A stretch of DNA of 63,959 bases, the filler included, from Calcarisporiella thermophila CBS 279.70 (taxonomy: Eukaryota > Fungi > Calcarisporiellomycota): NCBI RefSeq assembly GCF_041956535.1. It is 5 parts of 5 records of this genome, joined end to end, with 100 filler letters (N's around TTAATTAATTAA, not from the genome) between each part and the next. Parts side by side here need not be neighbours in the genome. Positions count along the whole stretch, not along the records: positions 17,935 to 27,851 come from NW_027192200.1; positions 27,952 to 49,970 come from NW_027192236.1; 3 more parts are not named here. One strand, 5' to 3'. The notes under the pieces were generated by a model. That model searched no databases. It worked only from the letters and a program-made list of their open reading frames with translations, and was not told the origin of the DNA. Below are positions 24,690-39,298 of the stretch, in pieces. The translations under genes and the position numbers were made by a program. How positions within the stretch are numbered: position 1 is the stretch's first letter; each line of letters begins with the position of its first letter.

Positions 24690-27040
24690 GTGGATCGTCC
24701 AGCCATCATGAGAAAAATGATAGGGATTTTATCAGATAAAAATCACACAGGTGGTTGCGGAATATTGGCATTAGCGGGACTCGGCGGGATGGGTAAAACT
24801 CAACTGATGCTTCGCTATTGCTATCTCTGTCACGAAGCAAATGAATTTGTTTTTTGGCTCAACGTTAATAGCTGGACAACTACTCTCGATTCCTTTCGAA
24901 AACTTGCAAGTTATTTAGGGATCGGCGAAAACCTGCTTAATAATGAGTCAGAGGAAAATGTTATGTGCTGGGTGCGGTGTTGGCTGGAAGCAAGGGAAGG
25001 ATGGCTACTTCTTTTGGATGACTTAGACGATAGTATTAGCACAAAGATATTTAAAATATTGTCTCGCAAAGGAGGACATATAATCCTGACTACACGTGGA
25101 CCAATCTCAACTAAACTGGCTATAATTATTCAAGTGGACCGAATGTTGGAAGAGGAAGCCATCTCGTTGCTGTTAGAAAATGAGGTGTCCATCGATCGAC
25201 ATAGTGCTCGCTATTATAACGCTCGCAGGATTGTTGCTGAACTTGATTACATGCCACTTGCGATTGATCTTGCGCGTGCATACATAACAAATTCTACTTA
25301 TCCTTTTCAAGACTATCTCAGACAACTAAAAAAGAACCGACCATTGTTGTTTTCGTATCGCGATGAAAGATCAGTTGATGACTATAAGCACACGGTAGCA
25401 ACAGTTTGGGAATTAACCTTTGATCGCTTAAGGAAATTAAACCCGGCGACAGGAGTCATCCTCGAAGCTTGCGCCTTTCTTCATTCTGAAGGAATCCCAA
25501 CACGTTTTTTTGAGCGTCTGTTTTCAATTTTTGAACTTGGTTCAGAATCACTTGAACAGGATAAATTTCGATCAGCGATAGGTGATCTTAGCAAATTTTC
25601 ATTTATATCAGTGACAGTTAAAGAAGCTGATGAGAACGAGATTGAATTAATGAGCAACAGCACATTAAGCATTCGTCGACTTGTCCAAAGGATTATATTT
25701 GATTCTATCCCATATAAGAAGAAGTTATCCTGGATTCAGAAAATGGCGGTTGCACTGAATCGCGAAACACAATTTCCCGAATTCTTCGATATTTCGGCTT
25801 GGTCGGCCATGAGAGTTTATCTTCCGCGCATAAATCATTTAGTCGCAGTTGTTCTCGAACTCAATAGCGAAGAAGCATATTTCGCATGCGAGGATTTAAT
25901 CGCTTTGCTAAATACCACGACCTCATACATGCATGAAAATGGGACATTGCAGGATACAGAAAAGCTTGCACAACTTGCACTGACAATGAGTGAGATCGTT
26001 TATGGACTTGATCACATAACCACTTCACAATCTCTCCACGCTATGGCTACATTGTACTATGCTCAGGCCAAGTATGAATTGGCTGAGCCGCTCTACCAGC
26101 GTACTCTAAAACTCAGGGAGACAATATTGGGGCCTGAACACCCAGAAACTGCAGACTCCCTCAGCGGCTTATCCAATCTCTACCGGCTTCAGCTCAGGTA
26201 TGATCAAGCTGAGCCACTGTATCTACGCGCATTGACGATCAGAGAAAAGGCGTTGGGCTCTGAACACCCATACACTGCAACCCTGCTCAACGATTTCGCT
26301 GGCCTTTTTCATGATCAAGGCAAATATGAGCAGGCTGAGCCACGCTATTTGCGTGCTCTTGCGATAAGAGAGAGAAAATTAGGGGAAGATCACCCGGATA
26401 CTGCCACCTCGCTCAACGACTTAGCTAATCTCTACCAACATCAGTGTAAATATGATCAAGCTGGACCACTCTACCAACGAGCACTGGTCGTCAGAGAAAG
26501 AGTTTTAGGGGAGAACCATCGAGATACTGGGATGACACTCAACAACTTGGCGGATTTCTATCGGAATCAGGGCGAGTATAAGCTAGCCGAGACACTCTAC
26601 CTACGTGCTCTAGAAACCAGGAAAGAGTGCTGGGACCTGAACATCTGGATATTGCAGCCTCCCTCAATAATCTGGCCACTCTCTATCACGACCAAGGCAA
26701 GTACGAGCAAGCTGAACCTCTATACAAGCGTGCACTAGTGATCATCGAGAAAGAGTTGGGGGCTGTACATCCTTATACTGCTACGTCACTCAACAATCTA
26801 GCTACATTTCACTTTGACCAAGGCAAATATGAATCAGCTGAGGCTCTCTATCAACGAGTACTGGCGATCCAGGAAAAGTTGTTAGGCGCGTACCATCCTG
26901 ATACTGCAAGCTCCATTATAAAGCTGGCTGTGCTCTATGACCATCTGGGTAAATCTTATCGGGCCGAACCTCTATACCAGCGTGCTAATGCAATCAAGGA
27001 GAAGCAATTGAAAGCCACTGCCCACTTTGAATCATTCTGA
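24690..27040 (+). CDS. NLR-like NB-ARC + TPR-repeat protein with a frameshift near 26620; true start may lie upstream
   Basis: GLGGMGKTQL, WLLLLDDL, ILTTR, MPLAI motifs; tandem LGxEHPxTAxSLNNLAxLY repeats; the repeats continue in another frame (26627-27040). Confidence 0.85.
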
Positions 27041-28160
27041 AAATATCAAACATTTGCAAGAATACCATTGCAGTTTATTCCTTCTGACGAGTTATATTTT
27101 GTTACTTTGCGTAACGCAGGCTGTTTATATATTGAATTTTAAGTCACAATACAAGAAATTCTGCAAAGGATGAAAATACTGTATAATAAAGCAGCCATTG
27201 ATTTGACATTATATAATGTACGTATTTTTGTGTAATGAGTATAGGTATTCATATAAGTGAGCTAGATCCAAACCATCCGACATTGCTGGTAATATTATCG
27301 GGCTAATAGATAACTGGAATCGCTTCATGCTTATAGCTAAAGACATAGTTACTGTATATCTGCGATATCTAATCTATGGTCACATATAACCCTTTCGAGG
27401 TATACCCCAGTAAATCTAATTCGACTCGCATTGCAGAGGTATTTGCACAGGTAAAGATATATGACCATTGCATTGCATAACTGATAAAAAATACTCACTG
27501 GCACCTGATTTGAACAAGTGTACTACTAACCTGTACAAATTCGACACGGACGCGCATTGATAATGATATGATAAAAGTAGCAAGCTGCATTTAAGCGGCA
27601 CTTCATGCTGATGTTATTCAGCTGACTTAGGCAAGTTCATATAGAGGAACTAATTTATCACCCTAGGCCCAGAAAGATGGCAATTATACAAACGATATGA
27701 ACGCATCAAAATGTTGAACAAGGTATTAATATCACCTCTCCCAGACAAAAAATGTATCAAAGGCCGAGCCGCATTCTAAGCCACCACAATTGAGCCACCC
27801 GCCAAAAACAATCATTTTGACCACGATACCGAGGAATTCTGTATTTGGGAGNNNNNNNNNNNNNNNNNNNNNNNNNNNNNNNNNNNNNNNNNNNNTTAAT
27901 TAATTAANNNNNNNNNNNNNNNNNNNNNNNNNNNNNNNNNNNNNNNNNNNNAGCTTGGAATCTCCCATATTTTAATCCAGTCAATGCTGTTGTTCATATT
28001 AGGAAAATGTAATGACCTACCCAAGCCACACTATGACTGCTCTTTATTTTTTTATTCTCCGCTCTTCATTTCTTTTCTTAACTTCGCCCCGGTATTCTTC
28101 CCAGACCAATCATAATTTCCGCAATATAACTTTGCTCTTTTCAATCTACACGAATCAAAG

Positions 28161-29050
28161 ATGTCCAAGGTTAAAGGAAAGGATAAAGTTGATCCAGAGG
28201 CACTCGAAGCAAGTCTCACCAAATTAGAAGCCGTGGAAAAAGAGTTTGAGGCAGTGGAGAAACAGATTGTTCGTCAGCAAGTGAAGATGACTGCACCCAT
28301 TTTCCAGAAGCGGTCCGAGATTGTGAGAAAAATTCCTGGATTTTGGAAGCGAGTTGTAAGTATTGTATCCATTAGGACTAGAGTAGACATACCTATATTA
28401 ACTCTCTAATTCAGATCCTTGCCTATCCTCTGACCGGTAAGCCAATTGATCTCACAGAATTGAGCTCATTTAATAATATTTAAAATATCAGAACAATTGT
28501 TCGCAAACGAAGAGGAGAAATCAACGCTTGAATATCTAGAGAATGTAGAATTAGTACGCGATGAGATCGAGCCAGACTCTTATAAAGTCATCTTTACTTT
28601 CAACGAGAATCCATATTTCAAGAACTCAAAGCTTGTTAAGGTCTAGCATTGACGCATCCTCTAATTCTCTGGAAGGTTATTAGAAATGAATTTCATTTTT
28701 ATATAAATTAGGAAATCAAAACTGATGCAGACGGCAATAAAACCTCTATCTCAGCCCCAATTGATTGGAAAGAGGGCAAGAGGATTACTAAATCCTCGTC
28801 CAAGAAGGATACGAAGGAAGAACAAGACGAGGCACACGAGGATGATGAAGAGGAGCTAAGTTTCTTTGAATGGATTGAGACTACAGAGGGCGATATCAGT
28901 CTTGCAGATTTAGTGCGAGACGATTTGTATGCAAACGCAATCCGGTACTTCCTGAATGAGCATACAGATGACAAGGAAGGAGAGCAAGATGAGAAAGAAG
29001 ATGAGGAAAACGAAGAGCCACCAAAAAAGAAAAAGAAAGGAGATAAATGA
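28161..29050 (+). CDS. Nucleosome assembly protein (NAP/SET/Vps75 family)
   Basis: KIPGFWKRV, FTFNENPYFKN, IDWKEG, SFFEW motifs and an acidic tail with KKKKK; 3 exons. Confidence 0.85.
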
Positions 29051-29280
29051 GCCAGATCTTTTTACGCCTTTTGCTAATCGTAGCCCATTCTTGGCAAACT
29101 GCATTCATTCTACAAAGTGTAGAATTTAAGTAATGCAGTTTAAGTATGGATTTGTTGAAAGAATAAATATTTCTAAATTTTTGAATATTAAAGCTGGTTG
29201 AAAAATAAAAGAAAGTAGCTTTATTCGGAATCGAAGTGAATAAACGGAGATATATATAATATATTACAGAGACAAACATG

Positions 29281-30090
29281 CTATTTATCATTATTGCTGA
29301 ACTCTTCCATATCGTGCATCGGGATGCTTTCGTACTGTCCCTTTTTCCTGCTTGCGCTTGAAGATGACTCTCCACCCTCGTTGGTTTGTGTAAATTCAAC
29401 CTCTATGCTCTTTTTTAATTTTCTTCCTGCGTCTTCTCTTAAATTCCCCTCTCCACTCCCCACAGTGCTTAAATTGGCACCTCCGAGCAAGATCGGCTCC
29501 ATCTCTCGTTGCATGCACACCCACTCACCGCCAAATGTCATGATGCAGCATGTGGCAACATTCAGCATCCACCAGAGTAGAGTACGTGGTATGCGACCGG
29601 AATGGTAGGTAGTAAATACAAGGTGGAAGAAGTGGAGGGTGAGACTGAAGTCGAGGACCAGGCGAGCTCGCTGTACAATATATAGGAGAAGAAACACTCT
29701 AACATTTTAAAATAGTGTATTTTAGAGAGAATTAAGCGCCGAAATTCTCGCTTAAAATCTGGAGCAATTCAATAACCTCAAACATACCCAATACACGCAT
29801 TCATTATCCACACTACAGATAATGTCCATCCCATCACTGTGTCTGCACGGTAATCCTCATAATTTAATACGCGATCTAGAGTTAGCTCTCCCCCCATCAA
29901 AAGTAGTACAAGAAGTATCAGAGTTGTGCCAGTCACATAGTAGAGAGACTGGAGAGAAACGATCTGTGAGATAATTAATATCGGATCCCTAGTGACAAAT
30001 AGGAAAAAATTGAGGATTTTCCAGCATTACATAGTAAATAAGATTCACTCACCATGTAGTTGTACGAAATGATGATGTCCCTCTAGCCAT
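29281..30090 (-). CDS. SYS1: Golgi membrane protein Sys1
   Basis: Spliced WDPILIISQIVSLQSLYY...VQRARLVLDFSLTLHFFHL...GEWVCMQREMEPI. Confidence 0.9.
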
Positions 30091-30409
30091 TATGGAATGC
30101 CTTTTTAATGATGAGATGCCCAAGATCTACTTTAAGCACAGATAATGCAAGAGCATGAGATTGTACAAGCCACTCAAACCTGATTGGCGCAGTTTGTTGG
30201 GCGCATCGTCATCAGTAAAATTCCAACGCTCTCTTTTCTTCCCCATTTTTTTTTCAACAGACTCTTTTCAATCAATAATAACAACATAAAAGTACATTTC
30301 TTGTTTTGCTTTCATCACACTGAGTATCTCAACATCGTATTCTTTTTCCTTATATTTGGCTAGCTTGCTTTAAATATAAATTTAATATCTATTACTATTT
30401 TGCGAGATC

Positions 30410-31361
30410 ATGGCAACAAAAGCGGCCTATAAAAGATTAACCAAAGAGTATTTGCACATTCAACGCTCACCGCCGGACTTTATTATCGCTAAACCTCTTG
30501 AAAGCAATATTCTCGAATGGTAATCAAATCACTTAGATGCAATTTCCGTAATATTAAGGATTCGAAGCTTATTTTTTTACACTTATTCAATAGGCATTAT
30601 GTATTAACCGGACCTCCCGACTCACCCTATACTGGCGGCGAATATCACGGAAAGCTCACATTTCCTCCTGAGTATCCATTCAAACCTCCTGCAATCCGGA
30701 TGATAACCCCCAACGGAAGATTTCAAGTGAACACTCGATTATGTTTGACGATGAGCGACTTTCATCCAAGCAGTTGGAACCCTAGTTGGAGCGTTGCAAC
30801 GATTCTAAATGGCCTACTTAGCTTTATGGTGAGTTTTTTTATTGTTTATTTTGTTATGAAATTAAGATTTTAGTTAACATTTATCTTCTTATAATATATC
30901 AGTTGAGCGATGAAGTGACAACTGGTAGTATTAAAACAACAACTGCTGACAAGAGAATATATGCCGCGCGATCCCGTAAATTCAATCGAGAAAACGCAAA
31001 ATTTAGAGGTACATATTACTACATGTGCTAATATGCTTGAGCAAAATTTATTTCTTTCTCACCATTTTCAACCTTTATAGAGGTGTTCCCAGAACTGTGT
31101 ATCGTCAACGAATCTCACTCTCTACCCGCTGCTGACATTATAATCAACAATGATTCTACCCTTACACAACGCCGAACCCAAACCACTCCTATCCCCAGTG
31201 CTACATCTTTAACAGCAGGTCAAAACTCGACTCCCCCATCACAATCTTTAGCAACCAGCTGGTTTAGCTGGTCCTACGGACAGTGGCGGCGCTGGCTAGT
31301 TGTTTTCGCTTTTTTTGTGTATCTACTCTTGGCCAAATTGATTGCTCGTTCCTCGTCATAA
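30410..31361 (+). CDS. UBC6: ER-anchored E2 ubiquitin-conjugating enzyme
   Basis: MATKAAYKRLTKEY, YPFKPPAIRMITPNGRF, RLCLTMSDFHP, WNPSWSVATILNGLLSFM; C-terminal TM anchor. Confidence 0.95.
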
Positions 31362-31617
31362 AACCTAAGATTTTCGAATTTTGACAACTTTTGCTTTTTT
31401 ATTAAACCAGTATATATAAATTTGATTCACATTCTTTTCTTTCCGAATTTTCTTATTGTTTTAAATCCCTCCCCTTTTTCCTTCGATGTTCTTATGTGCG
31501 AATATTTATAAACGATTCTTGCTATTTTGACAATTAATTCGATATTTTCCAAGTGCGACGGGGTTTGATTTATTTTTAAAGAAAATTTTAGATCGATACA
31601 TTATTCTCACTAATTTC

Positions 31618-33685
31618 ATGAGCTCAATTCGTGCCATACTTCTAATCGTCTCATCAAGTCGCGGACATAATTTCGTGTTCCGCTACCCCGCTAATCCTCA
31701 AAAACGTGGAGATGAGAAGCAATCTAGGATTGGTCCCAGCGATAACTCCAAAACTTACAACTCTAACCACAAGAATGCCTCTTCTTCTCGTCCTACGACC
31801 TCCACATCAACAGCGAGTTCTTTGAATACAAGTGCAGCTCCCAGCAATGTTAAACGCCCTTCCAGCTCTACACCAAAATTAACGCCAGCGCTAGGAGGAG
31901 GAAGTGGAGTAAGCGGAAAGCATCGTCGCCAGCATTCATACAACGATCACGTCACGAAACATGAAGATTCGCACCAGGATTTGCTCAATTCGCCAATATT
32001 TGGATTTGACACGCATTTTCTTGCGGCTCTTTTAGCACCACGCGCCAAGCTATGCAATCGAAAATTCCAGCTGAGCGTGAATGAATTGACTTTTGTAGGA
32101 CACCCAGTAAGTTTTGATAGAGAGGGGACGGAGAGAAGAGAATCTTCCGATAATGTAACAGTGAATCCAACTAACCCGAGCATTCCTCCAAATACAACAA
32201 CAATTAATACTACTACCAATGCCTCGCAAGTTAATGGAGCTACTGGAAACGATCCACCAGGGCCTCCAGGATCGTCCTCACGTGCCCATTCTCGTTCGCA
32301 TAGCTACTCTCCTTCTCATAACGCATCCCCGCCTATGCAATCCAATATCACTCTTTTTCACCTTGTATTTATCTTGGAATCCAATGATTTGGAGCTGAGC
32401 AGAGAGGTAGACATGGTTTACAATCATTTTGTTAGAAAGATTACGGAGGCAATGCGATACGAACAACAACGTTGCGACTACGTGAGGAGGCAAACAAACT
32501 TGATCCTGCGTACCCGAGAGGAATATTATGGTACTTCGACTTCTTTTGGTTTGATAAAAAAACTTAAACTCGCTCTAATTTCCTTCCTTCTAAAGATTTA
32601 CCGGTGGAGAATCTTATGGAGAAAATACTTGATGTCTCAGCTCTAGCGCGAAATATTGCACATATCTACAGTGCTCTTGATACAAACTCTATTGCCCACG
32701 TTGTGTTCAACGACTATCTAGACCTTTATATGCAAATCCCGACAATTGGTCCTTTAAATTCCAATCCGTACGCTCTGGGTGACAATGAAGATGCCATGGA
32801 TTATCTCTATAAAGGCTACGAATACCAGGATTACCCAGCAATATGCCCATATCATACGCTTTTATTGCTGGAAGATGCAGAAGAGATATTGAAGAACTTG
32901 CCACTGGACGCCTCTCCCACGCTAGCTAAACTAATTCAAAATCTAACCCCTACCCAAAGGTATAGTTTTTTTTCATCAGTTTTATCATTATTACTGTTTT
33001 ATTTTTCACTGGCATGTAACCACTATATGTAACCGACTGTAGTCTCGCGGAGCTTCACACTCTACTTGACTGCTCTCTCGCCCAGATATATCGTCTTGCT
33101 GCACATCTGATATACTGGCGCAAGGCCAAATTAATCGACGTGATTAATGTACGCAATGTGTACGTTATCTCTCCTCAATTCAATCTGAGCAACCTCCCCG
33201 ACATTGTTAGAGAGTTTAATCACCAGTTTCCCACCCTCGATCTCGCACATTTGTTGGCTCAGTTGTCGGCTAGCCCACGTTCATACATGTCCATTATTCC
33301 ATCAAAAAAGCTCAGAACGCTGTATCTTGAAGTATTGACCCAGCTCCTACGACGAGAACTCGTAATTCAATTACATACCTATTACCTACTTCCCATTCCA
33401 TTGCATGTTAAAACTGGAACAGCTGTGGACCCAGGCTCTATTCAGGACTCTTGCACAACTATATCTACCTCTGGGCAGGCGACAGATTCCGAACGAGAAT
33501 ATATTCGTGCACTTACTGCGGAAAAGCCCGTGGATGTTGCAACCTTATTTGAACGACTAGTGCACTATTTCGATGGCCGCCATCATACAGAGGAGATTCT
33601 ATTTCGGGAAAATATTAGTAGTAAACAGCTTTTAGCCGTTACGTCGCAATTTCGAGAAGAATTAATTGTATTAATTCACTATTAA
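31618..33685 (+). CDS. NPR3: Nitrogen permease regulator 3 (GATOR1/SEACIT subunit)
   Basis: SSSRGHNFVFRYP, FQLSVNELTFVGHP, MRYEQQRCDYV, PYHTLLLL, AHLIYWRKA, YFDGRHHTEEI. Confidence 0.9.
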
Positions 33686-34130
33686 TCTACTGTATATAAA
33701 TACTCTCGTGGCCATATTTTAGTTTACATTGTATTTGAATAACAGGTACGGGGCATTTGAAGGACCAGCTACAATTCTATTTCCATGTCTTACTCTTAAA
33801 AAATGCTCAACCCATTTTGAATGCTACCCCTCAATTGCCATACGTTTCAACAGATCATAACTTATGAAAATTGAGATAAAATATAGCTATCAATTCGAAT
33901 ATTGAAAAGGAATAATGTAAGAAGGTTGGAAGAAGGTTTTAAAAGTGCAATAATGTAAAGGTTCCAAGATATAGAAATAGTAAAGGGAAGAATATAGCAA
34001 AGGCAAACGAAGAGTTGAAAAAATAAATAGCAGTAAAAATATGGGGGTTCAATAGCATATGATTATCTTGGCGTCGGTTGAAAATCCATTACAATAAAAA
34101 AACAATACAAATACAAATTCTGACGCATTA

Positions 34131-34950
34131 TTAATTTTGCTCCACAATCATAGCTTGTAAAACTCCTGCCTTGGGAACACCATTTTCTCCTATCCTTTGA
34201 TCATCCTTTAAAACCTTGCCCAGATACACAAATCGTAACCGATGTGTCTCCTCCTTTGCGCCAATAATGTCTAGCACTCTCTTACGAACAAATCCCAGTG
34301 GTTCACCTGGGTGTACTGATATTAGAACATCTCTCCCGACGGATAGCCTTATTGTAAGTTGGTGGGTATCAGATCCATCGACTACAGGTGTTTTTGGTTT
34401 CTCAGGGATGTATGGAGCCGGCTGGATATCAGATAATAAATTGGAAGGCGGAATGATACAGTAAAGGGGTACCTCGTAGCGATTGCCAAGTTCATCATAA
34501 CAACCATCGTTGAGAAAACCAGTAGGGACCACAATATTTGCTGAATCAAGAACGGCTTGTGCGAGCTGGTGATCATCGGCTTCAACAGCGCATTTTAATG
34601 CTTGCCAAATTTCCAATCTCCCCTGCATTCGTATAATCAAGTCCAAATTCGATCAGTTTTTGGGAATCAGATAGGAGAGCAGATACTAGGGGAGTTGTTG
34701 AGCACTTTACCTCGTAGGTTGGTGCAGTGTCCCAGAATGCTGCTCGTTGTATTTCGAGCTGCTTTTGCGTAATAGGGGGATCTGCGGTCCAGGAAAGTCC
34801 TTCTTTCGTAAATGGCTTACCTTCTATAGTCAACGGCATGATCATCAATACAAAGCCTCGAGAAAATGAATTGAAAAAAGATTGAAATTAGTGCTAACCT
34901 CTGAATTGCGCCTCGGAATTCTCTTCAGTACGAGATTGACAACACCCCAT
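34131..34950 (-). CDS. Ubiquitin domain-containing protein (UBTD1/2, DC-UbP family)
   Basis: MGCCQS N-terminus, FWDTAPTYE-GRLEIWQALK, CYDELGNRYEVPLYC, C-terminal ubiquitin-like domain. Confidence 0.9.
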
Positions 34951-35967
34951 TTAAAATAATCGTAATATCAGCGGGTTTGAGAGGAAAGGATGAATCAAAC
35001 TTGATATTAATCAAGCAATGAAGTGGGATTAATCACAGGCTATTGTGATTGAATCTTGGTGGAAAACTCAAATGCAAGCAAACTAGAAACAGAGTGAGAG
35101 ACCAGCTCTAATTTTCATATCGGTTATCCCTCACTTGGACTATCCACAGGGCTAAACCCAAGGAGTTGTTAGGTAAGTCAGGACGGTCCAATTGTATTAG
35201 AATTTAATTTACTATTTCCTAAGGTTAAGGTGGGCTATATATGGGCTACCTCTAGAGAAAGTATTACAAACACTTCAACAGATTTCGGGGAACCATTTTG
35301 ACATATTTGCAATAATTAACAATTTTATTAGCTCCCTAGAGGAAACAAGAAAAGTCCAAGCTATAGGACTTGGAAAACGTCTCTAATAGGTTGTCTCTGG
35401 CTATGTTAATCAAAATGGTAAATTACATCAAGGGCCTGACTTAATTTGATACGACTACTTTGGTTGAAAAATTTTGAAAGATGAGTTTCTTAGTGTAAGC
35501 ACGTTTGAGTATAAGCCTTCTCCAGATGAAGGGAAACTTTCAATTGTCCAGTTTTTTTAACAAGTCCATTAAGTAAAATTTATTAACAATAGTCAGAATA
35601 TACTGCAATTAAATATGCAAGCCCTTTTAGTACAAGAGCAATTGCTATTGAGCCAATAAATATGACAAATTCCATATGAAAATCTGATAGGTTTTATTGA
35701 CGCGAAACGCAGCAGTAAATACTCTCCACCAATAAGTCAAAAAAGGCACAATTTATTGTTGAGCGACTTGATCAGCCTTTGCTTTTACACGAGGGTTTAG
35801 AGTAGGAGAGAACTCAGTAGCTATGATTTTAATATTGATATGTCCAGCAACTTAAGTGTTATATATATTATAAGTAGAGGCAGTGCAGAGGAGAAAATGA
35901 ATTTTTAATTCACGTTAAACGTATTCCATCAGGCTGACCATGAAATATCAGCTATTTTGACCAAATT

Positions 35968-38900
35968 TCACCATAAATCTGTAGCACGAAGGCGGTGGGA
36001 TTTGAAGTCGGTAGGATATGATGAATCAGCTTGTTGCTCTGAATTTTGTGATGTGGCAGATGCCATTGATGCTGATGGCGGGAGAGCGGGGCCAATGACT
36101 GCAGTAGGTTCCGGGGCTGATATAGTATCAGGAAATGCGTGTAACAGTGTCGGTGTGATGGTTTTTTCAACCCAAATACCATCCATATCTGATTTCTCAT
36201 TTTCCTCGCCTTTTCTCCTTCGTACTCTCTCATCTCTTCTATTATCTTTCTCCTCTTCGCTTTCATTCTCCCCTTGCTTTCGATGCTTTTTTCTATCCCG
36301 TCTCTTAGAGCTCTCTTCAGTATCAGATATGCTTCTTTTCCTCTCTTTCCTCTTCTTTTTCTTCCGTCTTTCCCGCTCCCTTTCCCGCTCTTTATCACTC
36401 TCATTTTCGCCGTCTTCATCCTCCATAGCGAAAGACATTGGTCCAATTGGAGCACGAGTTTTTATTTTAGCTGGACGTGATGCTGGTAGCTGAGGTTGCG
36501 TTTGTTGTGGAGTAAATCTGGGGCGAAATTCTGACTGGGGTTCTACAGTAGATACAGGAGCATGTTCCATGATTGCATTATGTAGCAACTAAAGGCAAAT
36601 AAAAAAAATTATCATTAGTAAATTGCTTTATAAAACATCTGGAGGAGATTGTAAAATATACAGGCTTGATTAGCTGTTCATCATTTGCTGGTTTTTCTAA
36701 TTCGTTGTTTTTCATCTCTTCTTCGTCTTCGTTTTCGTCATCCTCATCGTCTTCTCCCTCGCTTTCAAATATTGCTTTAAATATATCCATTGCGGGCCGT
36801 TCATAATTCATTGGGTCATTCGGGTCAACTTCTTCCGCCTTATTCTTATCGGCTCCGTTATTCACAGTCGCAACGGTCGCAGATGATTCCTCTAGCTTCA
36901 CATCAGAGGAAGCGTTGCGTATACCCGCCACTTCACCATTTTGACCTAGCAACATCCGCTCTACCTCTTCTTGCCGTAATACCTCCCGACTACCCAACAG
37001 AGTTCTACCAGCTATGGCTGCCTCACTCACTCCAGTAACTCTCCCTCCTTTACCAGCCCCCTTATCCCCAGCATCTCTCGAAAGATCTCGGTCAGGATGT
37101 GGATCTCGCACGTTAAAGCGTTTGCACATCATCCGATTCGGATAGAAATTCATAACGCGCCTTGTCAAAGCCCCAAACATACCCATTTTGGCCGCATCTT
37201 CTCGTTGAGTCTCTTCTGTTACCTTGGCCGGTTTTGTATCAGCAGTTGATCCACTTGCAGCTGTGAAGCGCGAAGCCATCATTGAACTTATAGGCCTGAA
37301 CATTCGTGCACTTTGCGAAAATTCTCGTAACTCCTCTAGCCAAGCTTCCTCTGACATTTCCTTTGGTTTATCCGGTATAAGCCTCCCGTTTGCCATTTCT
37401 TCTAAAAATTGCCTATATCTCTTTTGCTTAGATCCCTCGAAAGGCAAAAATCCTTGCAGAGCTGCACGCGCGATCTCCGGGTTCACTTGCACATTTTCTG
37501 CTGTAGACGACTTGGGAGGACGTTCACCTTGCGTGTCAATAAAGAAGCCAAGCAAGCTATCAAGCTTTTCCTTTGACTTCGAAGGCATGTAGTCGAAGAC
37601 TGAACGCGCTGGTCCCTCAAGAGGTCTCTCCCCTAATGCAGAGCCACGCTAAAAATTTCCGGAGAAAAATTGATTAGCAATGATTAACAAGACAAAAAGA
37701 GAATAAAGAGAATCTTGCCTCTTCAGCGGTTAATGCCTTTTTTTGAGTTCGTTCACTACTCTCAGGGGCGGGTATAGGGGCCGGTAGGCTGAATATTGGC
37801 GTGGCAACATAAGTGGCCGGTATTTCCGGTGGTGCAAACCTAACATTGATAATTAGTCAAGTGCTTAAGGTTATAGGTTAAGTCCAGAAATAATTAACTT
37901 ACCATTTAGTCAAAGGTGTTGGATGTTGCGCAATCACGAAGCCCTCTATGGGAAATCGTCCATCATTACATTTCCGCTTTAGTGCGCGCTTTCCGCTATG
38001 CACATCCTCCGTCTTTATTGAATGATTCGTCGCTCTCCTTCCTTTTCCGCCAATCCTGTATGATTCTTCGTCTCCTTCCTCTACTCCTAAGGTTGCATAG
38101 TAATCTGATAGCTTCGCCCCACCTGAAAACACATCTTCGTCGTCGTCCTCATCCTCCAATGCTCCAAATCCAATTCCTCCACTCATACCCATTAATTGCT
38201 CTTGCTCTCTATTTGTTTCCCTTGCCGATAAACCACGCTGGCCAGGCTCATAGCCGATTCCAAAAGTGTTATTTTTATTTTCGAAAGTAATAAGCACCTT
38301 ATCTTTCGGAGCGAAATATACGTCCTTTGCATATTCATCTTCTAAGTCCATATCGCCAGGTGCGAGCTTACGCTTCTTTCCCAATATACGAGGGCCGATC
38401 CCTTGCCCTTCTCTCCATCCCATCCGCTTCAATAATCGCACACCAACTGGGTCCTTACTTGGTACAATTAAATCTGCCATTAAACGACCAGCAATTAAGC
38501 CTCCACTCTCCTCTGCGCTGGCGATCGCAGCTTGCTTTCGAGCCAACTCTTTTGCCGTTCCTCCAAAAGCATCAAAATCATCGGTTGCAACAAGCTTCCG
38601 TTTGGAAGCTAAATCCGCAAGATCTTCCTCATCCATAAAGTCCTCGGGGCGAAGAGTTTTTTTATTAGAGCGATTGCTACGCGATGAGGAAAATTGAGAA
38701 GGTGCCCAGCCTAACATTAAAAATTGAAGTTAACAAATACATATTCCAAGCAATGAACTTGAATCGTTAGTGACAGCAATGGAAAGTAACAACGGTAGGA
38801 AATTTCATTGTAGAGCTCAACCTCTCTATTTTTACTCACCTTCTTTTGATCCAACGGTATTAAAATAGCCTGCAGAAAATCCGCCAGTGAAAGCACCATG

Positions 38901-39143
38901 AAATCGCCTCCGCCCCTTTTCGTCTCTCACCTAATCATAGTAGTTTTAGGATTCTTTAGTTTATTACCTTTTCATATATGTGCTCAAATTTACCTCTTGC
39001 TTCCATATTGGAACAGATCTAACAGAATCTTCATCTCCTTCGCGCAGTTCTGGGAATGGGGTTCCATACACTACAAATGAATTCTCTTGGGGAGTGTTCT
39101 TTATGTCGGTTGTCAGCCTGGTTTTGTGGGAATGGCGCGACAT
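35968..39143 (-). CDS. G-patch domain protein, GPATCH1/DUF1604 family
   Basis: [38 protein letters not shown]-patch [36 protein letters not shown]. Confidence 0.9.
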
Positions 39144-39298
39144 TTCATTAATATATATAGATTCAAAGAAAATTATGAAATTATGATATGATAAAATATT
39201 AATCTAATAGAGTGGAATGTGACTGCAATTTGAATCTTTTCTCTAGCTCACTCTCAACTGTAATTGATTTATTCACGATATATCGCTTACATTAAAGA

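Noticed and set aside
35952-36493. Long overlapping and antisense ORFs over the GPATCH1 tail, and similar shadows on other genes
   Set aside because: By-products of low-complexity charged coding sequence; no independent motifs
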